Shown piece after piece: positions 47,430 through 57,833 of a stretch of DNA of 64,000 nt. Source of the DNA: Candidatus Poribacteria bacterium (GTDB lineage Bacteria; Poribacteria; WGA-4E; WGA-3G); NCBI GenBank assembly GCA_965205015.1, contig OZ242029.1, positions 3,840,001 through 3,904,000 on the forward strand, written 5' to 3'. The notes below the pieces were generated by a model, which had not been told where the DNA came from, searched no databases, and worked only from the letters and a program-made list of their open reading frames with translations. The position numbers were made by a program, and so were the translations under genes. The stretch's first letter is position 1. Every line of letters starts with the position of its first letter.

Positions 47430-49160
47430 CTATTTTCGTATCAGCATTTTCCGGGTTGCGGTGAAATCGCCAGCCGATAACGTATAAAAATACGGTCCAC
47501 TTGCGACAGGTTCACCGAGTTGGTTTCTACCATCCCAATACGCCGCACGGCTGCGGCTTTGATAGACGCCGACCGCCTTATGCCCTAATGACAAACGCCG
47601 AACGAAAGTGCCGTCCATCGCATAGATGCGTAGCGTTACATCCGCGGCTGTCCCTAACTGATAGGGAATCCACGTCTCCGGATTGAATGGGTTCGGGTAG
47701 TTCGCTAACAGTGCTGTCTCTTTTGGTGCCAATACCAACAGAAGTTGCTCAAGGAAACGGATAGCGTGTTGTGAAGTTGAATCTGTGAGGTTGAGTCGCT
47801 CGACAGTGGAAAGCCACTGCTGCACGGTCTCTGGAGAGAGGTGGGAAAGGTTAACAGCAGCCGGCGCGCCTGCGACTGTTTCCCCCAAAGCCGCAGTCAC
47901 GGCGACGAGGTCCCGAATGTCAACGGTCCCATCGTCGTTGACATCCAGATCTCCGGGACATGGACTACATCCGGGCCCAACGCTGTTGATATAGGCGGGT
48001 GATGCGTCAGTCTGTCCGAGTGCCGCGGCCACAGTGACGATATCTCGAATATCAACTATCCCATCGCAATTGACATCGGCTGGATGTGGCGGTTGGAAAG
48101 GCGCGGATTCAACGTTCCACCGCAGCACCTTGCCGGACGCATTCACACCTGTGAGCCTCCCCGAACCGAAGGTTAGGCTTAAGATACGACCTTCATACCC
48201 CTGATCTCTCGCCTCAATTGTTCGAAGGAGCTCCCCCGTCGATACATCCCAGATGTGAACAAACCTGCCAGTACCGCCACTTGCGACCGTCCTACCATCC
48301 GAACTGAAGGCGATGCTATCAGTACTAACCCCACCCTCCGCATTAAGCCCGCGGATGGGTTCGCCCGTCTCCACATCCCAGAGACAGAGGGGCATAGGAC
48401 AGAGGACATGACTTGCCCCAACTGCAAGCGTCCTACAATCCGGACTGAATACTAAGTGGGGCGCCCAGATATTCTCAATCGTGCGGACGATCTCACCGCT
48501 TGAGACACTCCAAAGGCGGATGATGCTATCCTCACTCCAACTTGCGAGTATCCTACCATCGGGCCTGAAGGCGACCTTCCGGACAGCATCCGGATGCTCA
48601 AGTTTGCGGAGGGTCTTCCCCGTCGACACATCCCAGAAGCGGACAAACCCACCCCCTTCCGGATTCCGCTGAACCGCATTCGCGACTGTGCGTCCATCCG
48701 GGCTGAAGGCTATGCTATTGACCTGCTCACCCACAGACTCCTCCCGCTTCACAAGTTCGTGGACAGTCTGACCCGTTGATCCACTCCACACACAGACCCT
48801 ATCCTCAGAATCCACAACTACACACGTGCGTCCATCTGGACTGAACGCTATGTCAGAGGAAGGACTACCGCACTGCCGAAACTGGTAGATAATCTTACCG
48901 GTCGACGCACTCCAAATGTTTGCAATTACTACATTCACACCCGCGAGCGTCCCACCATCCGGACTGAATACTGGGATATCGAGAGGGAACCCATCTTTCC
49001 ACTCCTCACACCGTTCCTTCCAATTTCTATGCGTTTTCATCCACTCCGCACACGGTTCGAGTTGTGTGGATGCCGCATGCTGTACAAAACAGGGCAGCGT
49101 ACTGACGCTCAAAACCATTAGCAGCGTTAAGATGAAAAAAAGTCTTGTTTTCACTTTCAT
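47430..49160 (-). CDS. Secreted WD40 propeller with dockerin-like EF-hand repeats and FlgD-Ig/T9SS-type-A-like C-terminal domain
   Basis: AFSPDG..LAS..WDV.TG repeats; DVNCDGIVDIRD and DVNDDGTVDIRD; ETALLANYPNPFNPETWIPYQL..WDGRN..GE.VASG.YFY..RKMLIRK; start MKVKTR after GGAG. Confidence 0.9.
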   Translation of the reverse strand: MKVKTRLFFILTLLMVLSVSTLPCFVQHAASTQLEPCAEWMKTHRNWKERCEEWKDGFPLDIPVFSPDGGTLAGVNVVIANIWSASTGKIIYQFRQCGSPSSDIAFSPDGRTCVVVDSEDRVCVWSGSTGQTVHELVKREESVGEQVNSIAFSPDGRTVANAVQRNPEGGGFVRFWDVSTGKTLRKLEHPDAVRKVAFRPDGRILASWSEDSIIRLWSVSSGEIVRTIENIWAPHLVFSPDCRTLAVGASHVLCPMPLCLWDVETGEPIRGLNAEGGVSTDSIAFSSDGRTVASGGTGRFVHIWDVSTGELLRTIEARDQGYEGRILSLTFGSGRLTGVNASGKVLRWNVESAPFQPPHPADVNCDGIVDIRDIVTVAAALGQTDASPAYINSVGPGCSPCPGDLDVNDDGTVDIRDLVAVTAALGETVAGAPAAVNLSHLSPETVQQWLSTVERLNLTDSTSQHAIRFLEQLLLVLAPKETALLANYPNPFNPETWIPYQLGTAADVTLRIYAMDGTFVRRLSLGHKAVGVYQSRSRAAYWDGRNQLGEPVASGPYFYTLSAGDFTATRKMLIRK

Positions 49161-49325
49161 GTCTCCGTTTTCCGAACGCAATCTTACCTTTTTACAAAGC
49201 GTCCGAGCAAAATTGTGTCGTTTCGCTGAATCTACTCTAATTTCCTGCATAACAGCCCCTCCAGTTGTGAATTTTACGCCCATTTTAGCAGAGAAGGAGT
49301 ATGAATTAAGCATATTTTCGTTGGC

Positions 49326-50729
49326 CTATTTAGTTGGAGGATGGAGGTTGTGCCACGGTGTAGCACTTTCATAGGCATGCCCAACCTGACATAACAACGG
49401 TTCTGACAGGTGCTTTCCGACGAACTGAATGCTCAACGGTAGCCCTTCGCTGTTCATGCCGCACGGCACAGATAGCGTCGGTGCGCCGTTGTAGTCAAAC
49501 GGCACGGTGAACCGCTGGAATTTCGGATCCCGGGCATCATACCGTCCATACAACATCTTTGGCGTGACGCGGTGTGGTGGGGCTGACATTGACGGACAGA
49601 CCAAGACATCGATCTCCGCAAACACCCTTCTGAAATGCCCTGTACAAGCAGCTCTCAAATTGTTTGCTTTGGCATATCCCGCGCCTGTCACCTTCGCGCC
49701 CATATCCAGCCACCCTTGGAACCAAGGACCGTAATCCTCCCGTCGCGATGGATAGGTGGCGGCGTGTGCTAACACTGCCTCTGTTGAACACAGCGTGGGC
49801 CATGCGGAGACGTATTCATCGACATCCGGCACTTGCACTTCAACAATTTCAGCACCTTGGTCTGCCAAGACTCCCACACCCGTGCGTACTGCTTCGGCGA
49901 GTTCAGTGTCAATGTCGTTCGTGGCATAGTTCTCGTCAAACCCGATGCGAATACCTCGGAGGTCCTGCCCGATTCGCGCAAGCATGTTAGGGACAGGATT
50001 TGGCAGGGAAGTCGGATCGTTTGCATCAAATCCAGCGATCGCCTCCAGCATAATCCCGGCATCCGCGACACTTCGCGTCATCGGACCGACATGGTCCATC
50101 GATTCCGCAAGCGCGAGCACCCCGTAACGACTAACCCGCCCCCATGTCGGTTTTATGCCGACAATTCCACACGCCGCTGAGGGGAAACGGATGGAACCGC
50201 CTGTGTCGCTGCCGAGTGAGCCGAAACACAATCCTGCCGCCGTTGCAACACCGGAACCGCTCGACGATGAACCTGTCCACCGGTCGGGATTCCACGGGTT
50301 TTTTGGGATGTCGAATTCAGAGTTGTAACCGCCCATCGCGCCTTCAGTCAGGTTGAGTTTTCCAAGCAACACGGCACCCGCTGCTTTAAGCTTTGCAATA
50401 ACAGTGCCATCAAACGATGGAACGTGATCAGCGAGGACTTTCGCCGCTCCCATCGTGCGGACACCCTTCGTGAAGCAGAGATCCTTCACGGCGATAGGGA
50501 CCCCGTGAAGTGGACCTCGATGCGTCCCCGACTCAATTTCCCGTTCTGCCGTCTGCGCTGCAGCCATCGCGGAATCCGCCATCACCGTCGCATAACTCTT
50601 CAATCGACCGTCAAGTGCGTTGATGCGTTGCAACATCGCAGTCGTAATGTCTACAGGCGATACCCGTTTTGCGGCGATCGCTTCCGAGAGCTCGGTAATC
50701 GTTCTGAAGTGAAGTGGCGTTTCATTCAT
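49326..50729 (-). CDS. Amidase signature family enzyme (GatA-like)
   Basis: GPLHGVPIAVKD, GSSSGS, GSDTGGSIRFPS, G.KPTWGRVSR. Confidence 0.93.
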   Translation of the reverse strand: MNETPLHFRTITELSEAIAAKRVSPVDITTAMLQRINALDGRLKSYATVMADSAMAAAQTAEREIESGTHRGPLHGVPIAVKDLCFTKGVRTMGAAKVLADHVPSFDGTVIAKLKAAGAVLLGKLNLTEGAMGGYNSEFDIPKNPWNPDRWTGSSSSGSGVATAAGLCFGSLGSDTGGSIRFPSAACGIVGIKPTWGRVSRYGVLALAESMDHVGPMTRSVADAGIMLEAIAGFDANDPTSLPNPVPNMLARIGQDLRGIRIGFDENYATNDIDTELAEAVRTGVGVLADQGAEIVEVQVPDVDEYVSAWPTLCSTEAVLAHAATYPSRREDYGPWFQGWLDMGAKVTGAGYAKANNLRAACTGHFRRVFAEIDVLVCPSMSAPPHRVTPKMLYGRYDARDPKFQRFTVPFDYNGAPTLSVPCGMNSEGLPLSIQFVGKHLSEPLLCQVGHAYESATPWHNLHPPTK

Positions 50730-50768
50730 GTGCTTTCTCCCAGTAAAAGTTGACTGAAACTGATCTGT

Positions 50769-52712
50769 TTATTTCCCAATCGACACCCGAAACACGCCAC
50801 CGCCGACTGTGCCTGCGTAGAGAGAACCGTCATGTATTACCAACGAATCAACCCGGCGACGCAGTGAACCAATCCGTTCCCACCGCTTCTTATTTTCTGT
50901 CCATCGGAAAACACCCTCATAATATGTGCCTATGTAGGTGTCAGTACCATCTGTTTCTATTGTCATAACGGATAGATCTTCCAATCCGTCGTTTAGCCGT
51001 GTCCAAGAGTTACCGTCGTTCGTGGAACGGAAAACGCCGTTCTCCCAAGAGGTTGCGTAAAATATGGGTCCAAACCATTGTAGATCGGATATGAAATTAC
51101 CTACCATATCTGAACTGATAAGTTTCCACGATTTTCCTGCACTGTCTAACCGAAAAATCTCACCGCGCTGGGTGCCAGCATAGATTTTCTGTCCATTCAC
51201 TGACAGCGCCGTGACGACATGTCCTTCCAAGCCAAGACTGGTCCACGAATCCGAGCCCTGCGTCCAGCGAAAAACGCCTCTCCCTTGGGTGCCGACATAA
51301 AAGGTTGACCCGACGATCTCCATGCATTCGATCCCGTATAATTCACCGTCAGTTGCCAGTTCGATCAACGAGTTGCGCGCCTCATCCAATTGGAAAATCC
51401 CACCGACTACATCGCCAGGGGCATATTCGGTAGCTGCGACATAAAGCTTTCCACCCGCTTCAGACAAAGCCGCAAAATGATATGAAACAGGCAGTGAAGG
51501 AATCTGGACAGGTTGCCACGACTCTCCATCGTCAACTGAATAGACGAGCCTATGTCCTATTCCAGCGTAGATTGTTCCTCCAAGCACTTCCAATTCGGTG
51601 ACGGATGTATTCGTTAGCCCTGTGTTGGCTTCCGTCCAAGAGTTGCCACCATTCATTGTGCGAAAGACACCACCCTCCTGTGTTCCCACAAAGACAATGT
51701 CCTCACGCACTGCGAGCACTGCAGAAACCGTCCAGTCTATTAAGCCATCGTTGACAATGGTCCAAGAATCGCCTCTATCTTCCGATCGGAAAACGCCACC
51801 ACCATAGGTGCTCGCGTAGAGTGTTGTCCCAAATGTTGTCAATGCCTCAACGGTATGTGTCATCTCTTTGCTGGTGATGCGTGTCCATGAGTCCCCTTCG
51901 TCATCTGAACGGAAAAGCCCATCGTTTCCACCCATAAGTATGCCCATATAAAGCAGGTTTTCCATAGCAGCGAACGCGTCAACGCGTATCGTAGCTGGAG
52001 AGTACGGCGGTAGCGGTGTATCCCCCGATTCGAGACGTGCTTTATCAATGGGTCCCATGTCCATCGGTTGTGGAACAAAGCCTGCATTGATGGGTGTCCA
52101 TGAATTATCGCCAAATCTTTTGCGGAACGCTCCATCTTCCGTCCCCGCAACAAGCGTTGTCTCTATTTTCGAGAGCTCACGGATTAAGCGGTTTTCCAAT
52201 CCATCGTTTATGGGCATCCAAGAATCCCCATCATCTGAATACCAGACACCGTCCCCGAACGTGCCGATATATACGCGCGCACCAATCGTCACAATATCGC
52301 TGACGGACACACGCTTTGGGGGGGTTGGGACGTGATGCCATGTGTCGCCGCTGTCAGTTGAGGCATATAACTCCCCACTGCCGGCGTAGAGCATCTTTCT
52401 TTTCTGCGCGTAAACTTCGGCATATAAACCGTCTCCGGAGAAATCAGGCAGTCCCGTATTGACGGGTGTCCAAGAATCACCGAGATTTGTTGAACGGAAG
52501 ATACCGGCACCGCCCGTTCCGGCGAAAAGTATGCCTTCAGGCGTCGCATAGAGCGTGTTGATCTCTCCACCGTAGGGACCGTTGGTTTGTACCCAATCGT
52601 CTTCGTTGGATTTAGAGCCGACATCTGCCTTAAGTTGTGGTGCCAAACCGACGAAGAACATGACTGTGGCGATCCAAAGAATGGGCAACATACCCTTCGT
52701 TTGTTTCTTCAT
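50769..52712 (-). CDS. Secreted Asp-box/BNR-repeat beta-propeller protein
   Basis: Signal peptide, NGPYGG, repeated GVFRS.D.GDSW...N.GL. Confidence 0.85.
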   Translation of the reverse strand: MKKQTKGMLPILWIATVMFFVGLAPQLKADVGSKSNEDDWVQTNGPYGGEINTLYATPEGILFAGTGGAGIFRSTNLGDSWTPVNTGLPDFSGDGLYAEVYAQKRKMLYAGSGELYASTDSGDTWHHVPTPPKRVSVSDIVTIGARVYIGTFGDGVWYSDDGDSWMPINDGLENRLIRELSKIETTLVAGTEDGAFRKRFGDNSWTPINAGFVPQPMDMGPIDKARLESGDTPLPPYSPATIRVDAFAAMENLLYMGILMGGNDGLFRSDDEGDSWTRITSKEMTHTVEALTTFGTTLYASTYGGGVFRSEDRGDSWTIVNDGLIDWTVSAVLAVREDIVFVGTQEGGVFRTMNGGNSWTEANTGLTNTSVTELEVLGGTIYAGIGHRLVYSVDDGESWQPVQIPSLPVSYHFAALSEAGGKLYVAATEYAPGDVVGGIFQLDEARNSLIELATDGELYGIECMEIVGSTFYVGTQGRGVFRWTQGSDSWTSLGLEGHVVTALSVNGQKIYAGTQRGEIFRLDSAGKSWKLISSDMVGNFISDLQWFGPIFYATSWENGVFRSTNDGNSWTRLNDGLEDLSVMTIETDGTDTYIGTYYEGVFRWTENKKRWERIGSLRRRVDSLVIHDGSLYAGTVGGGVFRVSIGK

Positions 52713-52718
52713 GGGTGG

Positions 52719-53582
52719 CTAATTCAAGGCACTCACACGCGGACGTCCTAAGAGGCTCATCAACCGATCGTCTGCATTTTCCAAAGCGTCTTTCGGAACA
52801 GGCACACCGTTGCAGAGACTAAACCGCCAATACGCCCAGTAGGCGGCATATTGCGATTGCAAAATATAACGCGTCTTACCCGAAAGATTCGGTGCCCCCC
52901 GATGCCAACACTGTGGATCCTGTAGATAGATGTCGCCCGCCTTACATAAGATAGAAACCGGTTTATTCCCTTCAAACTCAGGATTGTCCTGATCGTTGGG
53001 ATGTCTGCCGGAATAATGGCTACCGCGGACGTATTGCGTCGGTCCCTCTTCAATCGTATCAATATCGTTCAACGCCATCTGGACGGTGAACCACATCACA
53101 GGCATCCGCAAACGAGGATCGTGGCGCGGCATCTCTTCGGTAACCGGGAAGTGCACCGAGCCGTCAACATGCCATCGGTCAATCGAGAGCCCGGGGAGGT
53201 TCCGTAGGACGTTCTGTCCACAAAACTTGCAGTTCTCACCGACGATCGCCTCTGCCAAACTCAGAATCGGTTCACGGAGGAGCATATCCCGGAAAATCGG
53301 ATCGAGTTCGATCGTGTTCCGTAAAATAAAGGGTAGCGTTTCTTGGGATTCGGCATGCGCACCCATCTGGATGTATCTGACATCCGCAAGTTCAGGATTC
53401 GTTATCTCTGCGAGTTGTGGATCCGAGAAAAGTTCATCGCTTTTTTCTCGCAATGCGGTGACCTCTCCCTCAGTTAACACTCCCGGAATATAGACGAAGC
53501 CATCACGGAAGAATTGCTCGGCAATCTGTGCCGTTTTCTCTTCGCTAAAAGGCTCGCCCTTGAGAATTGGACTGTTTGCCAT
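52719..53582 (-). CDS. PhyH family dioxygenase
   Basis: WHVD, GPTQYVRGSH, KAGD, WHRGAPN.S..R. Confidence 0.9.
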   Translation of the reverse strand: MANSPILKGEPFSEEKTAQIAEQFFRDGFVYIPGVLTEGEVTALREKSDELFSDPQLAEITNPELADVRYIQMGAHAESQETLPFILRNTIELDPIFRDMLLREPILSLAEAIVGENCKFCGQNVLRNLPGLSIDRWHVDGSVHFPVTEEMPRHDPRLRMPVMWFTVQMALNDIDTIEEGPTQYVRGSHYSGRHPNDQDNPEFEGNKPVSILCKAGDIYLQDPQCWHRGAPNLSGKTRYILQSQYAAYWAYWRFSLCNGVPVPKDALENADDRLMSLLGRPRVSALN

Positions 53583-53613
53583 GTTGTGTCTCCTTTTTTA
53601 CCCAAAAGCCATA

Positions 53614-53641
53614 GTAGGGTAGGCACAAGACCTACCCCTAC
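53614..53641. repeat. GTAG-type REP-like palindrome
   Basis: GTAGGGTAGG-CACAAGA-CCTACCCCTAC. Confidence 0.7.
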
Positions 53642-53682
53642 AGACTTGAAAACCTGTGTTAAAACGTCCAAACCTATTGGGT

Positions 53683-55140
53683 TTAATCCAGATAATCCAT
53701 TTCTGGTAGCAGATTCCATCGGTACTGGTCTGCTGGTTGTATGTTCCGTCCCCATCTGCCGAGAAGTTGTGTGTCGGCTTGTTTCGCAGCCATCTGCGTG
53801 GCAATCGAATCCGGGTCCCAACCCTCCAATACTTTTTGTGTCAAATGTTCTAAAATGTCTTGGCATGCGGGATCGTCTACCCGGTCTTGCAATTCGTTTG
53901 GGTCATCCTTTAAATTGAAAAGCTGCGGGGGGTGTCCGTGATAGTAATTCAACTTCCACTCACCCTCTCTGACCATCCGATGATAGCACCCGTCATCGGT
54001 ACAATATTCAGAGAAGGCGAGGTCTTCCCATTGTGTATCCTCATCGCGGAGGAGCGGTAAGGTGCTTCGACCGCGGGAATGTGGTAACGGTGGTGCACCG
54101 AGTGCATCGAGCATCGTGGCGTTCAAATCAAGCGAACTGACAACCCGATCGCACCGCACGCCTTCCGGTAAAGCCCCGCGCCACGATAAAATTGCCGGGA
54201 CCTTCACGGAATGTTCATAAAACGTCTGTTTCCACCAGAGTCCGTGTTCGCCGACCTGCTCACCGTGGTCTGAACTGTAGAGGATGAGGGTGTTCTCATC
54301 CAACCCGTTTTCTCGGAGTGCCGTTAAGATCTGTCCAATCATCACGTCCATTCGTGTGACTAACGCCCAATATGCCGTGCGTGCGCGAAGTATCTCGGCA
54401 TCCGAGACCTCAACAATACCACACTTTTCACGCCACCACCGAAAGTAGGGATGCAACGCCTTTGAGAAAGGTTCAGGATGTTGCGGCATCGTCATCTGCG
54501 CTTCATACAGTTGATAATCCTCTTGACGGGCAACGAAAGGTTGATGCGGGAGCATGAACCCGACGGAAATCGAAAAGGGAGCGTCTAAAAGTCCTGCCCG
54601 TTTCTGGACACCGAGTCGGTTGAGGGAATCAACCGTTGCAGCGGTTACATCCTCATCGTGGACCTGATAGGCACTTTGACCCGCTCCCGATTTCTCAAGG
54701 CTTACACGTGCCGGTCCTGCAGTTCCAGAAAGTTCGCCGTGGTCAACGCCGCTCCCACCGTGGTAGTTTGGACCGTGGTCCCCGACGAGGCGTTCGGCAT
54801 ACCCGTGCAGTTGATCGGGTCCGAGTGCGTGCATTCGTCCGATAAGCACCGGTTGATAACCCGCCGCTCCCATCGCATGTGCAAATGTAGGGATACTGGA
54901 GTCAAGGATGTGACTGTTCGTCCAGACAGCGTTCTCATGTGGGTAGCGTCCACTCAACATTGACATCCGGGATGGCACGCAGATCGGAGAGGGGCAATAG
55001 ACGTTTTCAAAGACCACCCCCTCGGCGGCGAGGCTATCGAGATGAGGTGTCTGCACCAACGGATCGCCGTAGCAACCCGTCACATAAGGATCATGCTGGT
55101 CGGAATGGATATAGAGTAGATTGGGACCTTGAGGAGGCAT
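53683..55140 (-). CDS. Cys-type sulfatase (choline-sulfatase-like)
   Basis: SDQH, CVPSRMSMLSG, GRMH, PH.P, SDHGE, WWKQ..E.S..VP. Confidence 0.92.
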   Translation of the reverse strand: MPPQGPNLLYIHSDQHDPYVTGCYGDPLVQTPHLDSLAAEGVVFENVYCPSPICVPSRMSMLSGRYPHENAVWTNSHILDSSIPTFAHAMGAAGYQPVLIGRMHALGPDQLHGYAERLVGDHGPNYHGGSGVDHGELSGTAGPARVSLEKSGAGQSAYQVHDEDVTAATVDSLNRLGVQKRAGLLDAPFSISVGFMLPHQPFVARQEDYQLYEAQMTMPQHPEPFSKALHPYFRWWREKCGIVEVSDAEILRARTAYWALVTRMDVMIGQILTALRENGLDENTLILYSSDHGEQVGEHGLWWKQTFYEHSVKVPAILSWRGALPEGVRCDRVVSSLDLNATMLDALGAPPLPHSRGRSTLPLLRDEDTQWEDLAFSEYCTDDGCYHRMVREGEWKLNYYHGHPPQLFNLKDDPNELQDRVDDPACQDILEHLTQKVLEGWDPDSIATQMAAKQADTQLLGRWGRNIQPADQYRWNLLPEMDYLD

Positions 55141-55176
55141 CTAAAATCCCTCGTGAAACTTCATCGGATTTCCTTC

Positions 55177-55204
55177 ATTATAAACAGATATAGGTTTTTG
55201 TCAA
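55177..55204 (-). promoter_or_regulatory. Consensus sigma70 promoter for the sulfatase operon
   Basis: Minus strand TTGACA-16 bp-TATAAT. Confidence 0.7.
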
Positions 55205-55234
55205 GAGAAGCGGTTTCCTAAGTTATTGTTCGTG

Positions 55235-55263
55235 TTGACATTTGAACGGTTTTTCTGTAGAAT
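55235..55263 (+). promoter_or_regulatory. Divergent sigma70 promoter for the VOC-PhyH genes
   Basis: TTGACA-17 bp-TAGAAT. Confidence 0.7.
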
Positions 55264-55326
55264 AAAGCCTAATTTCAATACGTCTTTGACATATTTGGTT
55301 CATCTCACCCAAAAGGAGACAGGACA

Positions 55327-55731
55327 ATGGCATTTTTGAGACACATCGCACTGCGGACGAAGGATATGGAAGCCTCGCGTCGCTTTTACGAAACCATCGG
55401 TTTTGCGTTTGTTGGGTATCGGGGACGCGGTGGGTTAGACCTCTCGGATGGCACGCTGAACATGACGATTCTCCAATACAACGGTACCGAACGCCCGCCG
55501 TTTGAGGAAGGCACAGAGTTTATCCATTTCGGTATCATCGTTGAGGATTTGGCGAGTATTTACAGCACCCTCAAGGATGGCGGTTTTGAATTGATCATGG
55601 ATAACGTGAAAAAAGGGGATGAGATTGATGACGACAAGCCCCCGGATCGCTCCTTCAAAGTTGCGGATCCCGACGGAAATGTCGTCGATATTACCTGCGC
55701 AAAAGATGAATGGCGTGGCGTGACGGTCTAA
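55327..55731 (+). CDS. VOC/glyoxalase family protein
   Basis: LRHIAL..D...S..FY, HFGI.V.D, DPDGN..DI. Confidence 0.9.
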   Translation: MAFLRHIALRTKDMEASRRFYETIGFAFVGYRGRGGLDLSDGTLNMTILQYNGTERPPFEEGTEFIHFGIIVEDLASIYSTLKDGGFELIMDNVKKGDEIDDDKPPDRSFKVADPDGNVVDITCAKDEWRGVTV

Positions 55732-55749
55732 TTTGCATTGGGAAGAACA

Positions 55750-56574
55750 ATGACATTTCAATTTCGAGATTCTATGGTCAATGAATACCTTTCGGAAGGG
55801 TATCTTATCCTTCGGGGGATTGTGCCACCGTCGTTGCTTACGGATTTACGCCGAGAGGCGGAGAAGGCACGCGATCTGGCACATAAACGCAACGGACCGC
55901 AAACGCAACGGATTCAGCCGCTATCCAATTACGGCGATGAATTGGATCTGAAACCTTTTTACGACTATACAGAGTTACCGGAACTCCGTGACGCTATCGA
56001 AAAATTACTCGGTCCTGACTACACGCACGGTCACGTTGATATCATGGGACTCCTTGTTGAGCCCCTTGAGCATCCGTGGCACATCGGTTGGCACCGAGAT
56101 GGCGTTGTTGAGGTTCCGCCTGAGGCGCGGGACGAGATCGTCAACGCAAGGTTGGCAGAAGTTTGGTATGACCTACGCCACTTCAATCAGGTCAACTGCG
56201 CGATTTATGCAGATTCCTGTACGTGGTTCGTCCCGGGCAGTCATCTACGCCAGTGGGATCTGCCCGGCGAAGCACAATCAACAAACGATCCGAAACTGCG
56301 GAAACCTGCTGAGGGTCAGTCCAACGCGGAAGCCGAGCGATTCTGTTTAGAGCATTGTCGGCAGTTTCCGGGCGCGATTCAAGTGCATCTGGGACCGGGA
56401 GATTTCATGGTTTACCGGAACCTCGCGTGGCATACGGGGAACTACATCACCTATCAACCGCGCGCAACGATTCACGATGTCGTCCGCTATGAAGGAAAGA
56501 AAGACTGGACGGATTGGCAACAGACGAAATTGGATGCCGTCAAACGGATGAAGGAAAAACATTCTGAATTATAA
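55750..56574 (+). CDS. PhyH-like dioxygenase
   Basis: EGYLI, WHRD, VPGSH, LGPGD...Y....WHTG.Y...R.T.H. Confidence 0.82.
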   Translation: MTFQFRDSMVNEYLSEGYLILRGIVPPSLLTDLRREAEKARDLAHKRNGPQTQRIQPLSNYGDELDLKPFYDYTELPELRDAIEKLLGPDYTHGHVDIMGLLVEPLEHPWHIGWHRDGVVEVPPEARDEIVNARLAEVWYDLRHFNQVNCAIYADSCTWFVPGSHLRQWDLPGEAQSTNDPKLRKPAEGQSNAEAERFCLEHCRQFPGAIQVHLGPGDFMVYRNLAWHTGNYITYQPRATIHDVVRYEGKKDWTDWQQTKLDAVKRMKEKHSEL

Positions 56575-57771
56575 CCGATCGACTGTGTATGCCTCTAACA
56601 ACGCTTCGTCCACATCTACACCAAAGCCGGGGGCATCGTTGAGCGTGAAAAATCCATCGTGAGGTATAGGGCGCAAGCGACGATACAATTCGTTCTCAAC
56701 GCCGTCTCGGGAAGGTCCGAAGGTCTCTGCCATACACGGCATCGGAAGGCAGGCGGTGAGATGCAATCCCCACGGGGTCCCTGCTTGGTGGAGCCATGTC
56801 GGGATATCGCCTTCAGCGGCTTCACGTGCGATGCGTAAACATTCCGTGAACCCACCCGCCCAACTAATATCGGGTTGAATCATATCCGCTGCCTTCCAAC
56901 GCAGCAACTCCCGAAATCCGTATCGCGTGAATTCATGTTCACCGGAGACAATCCAAGCCGGTTGGACATCGCGGACTAATTGTGCCATGCCTGCGTAGTC
57001 GTCAAGTGGGATCGGTTCTTCGATCCATTTGAGATTCACATCAGAAGCTGCCTCGGCGAAACGGAGCGTATAATCCACATCCCAACGGAGATAGATGTCT
57101 GCCATTAATTCTGTTTCCGTTCCGACAGCGTCTCGTGCGGCGTGTATCAATTCGACGTTTTCCGCAAACCCATCTTCACCCTCCGTAAGACCGTTACGGA
57201 GCGGCAGTTTACAAGCAGCGAAGCCGTTCTCCGCGTAATAACCGACATCGGCACCCGTCGCGTATGCCGGGATCTTAAGACGTGGCGTATCCGTAATAAG
57301 ACTATAGACAGGTGTGTCCACAATCTTTCCACATAGGTCAACAAGCGCGAGTTCGATGCCGCTCAAGACGTAAATCACCAAACCGCGTCGCCCATAAATG
57401 GAGGTGATATGATACAGACGCTCCCAAATCTCCTCAACCTCAAGCGGGTCGCGTCCGATGATGAAGTTCTGGAGGTGTTTCTCAATGATGAGCGCGCCAG
57501 CAAGTCCGCCACCGCCAAGACCGTATCCTTTCAACCCCTTATCGGTGGTAATTTCAACGACTAACGCCCCGGCTTGTGCGGCGAAAGGACCCCGCCAATC
57601 GACATGTGCCGTCTGCGTAGCGGGTTTCTGCCACTGTCCCTTAGCAAACCCCAAACCGGGCATTGCGCGAGGGTTCAGGTTGACGTGCCACGTCCGAATT
57701 CCGACAACGGTATGCCGCGTTTTGGCACGTGTTTTCCATGTATCCGCTAATGTAGGTTGATTGGATTGCAT
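56569..57771 (-). CDS. Mandelate racemase/enolase superfamily sugar-acid dehydratase (L-rhamnonate dehydratase-like)
   Basis: YGRRG....LSGIELAL.DL.GK, AYAT, KLP, MAD, WIEEP, GEHE, QPD, PGFG. Confidence 0.88.
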   Translation of the reverse strand: MQSNQPTLADTWKTRAKTRHTVVGIRTWHVNLNPRAMPGLGFAKGQWQKPATQTAHVDWRGPFAAQAGALVVEITTDKGLKGYGLGGGGLAGALIIEKHLQNFIIGRDPLEVEEIWERLYHITSIYGRRGLVIYVLSGIELALVDLCGKIVDTPVYSLITDTPRLKIPAYATGADVGYYAENGFAACKLPLRNGLTEGEDGFAENVELIHAARDAVGTETELMADIYLRWDVDYTLRFAEAASDVNLKWIEEPIPLDDYAGMAQLVRDVQPAWIVSGEHEFTRYGFRELLRWKAADMIQPDISWAGGFTECLRIAREAAEGDIPTWLHQAGTPWGLHLTACLPMPCMAETFGPSRDGVENELYRRLRPIPHDGFFTLNDAPGFGVDVDEALLEAYTVDRL

Positions 57772-57833
57772 GAGATGTCTCCTTTAAAAGTCCCTTCTGA
57801 TTGACAGCAAATGTTTGCAAATGCCCCTATAAG

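Noticed and set aside
49326-50729. Calling the amidase gatA
   Set aside because: No gatB/gatC nearby and only generic amidase-signature motifs.
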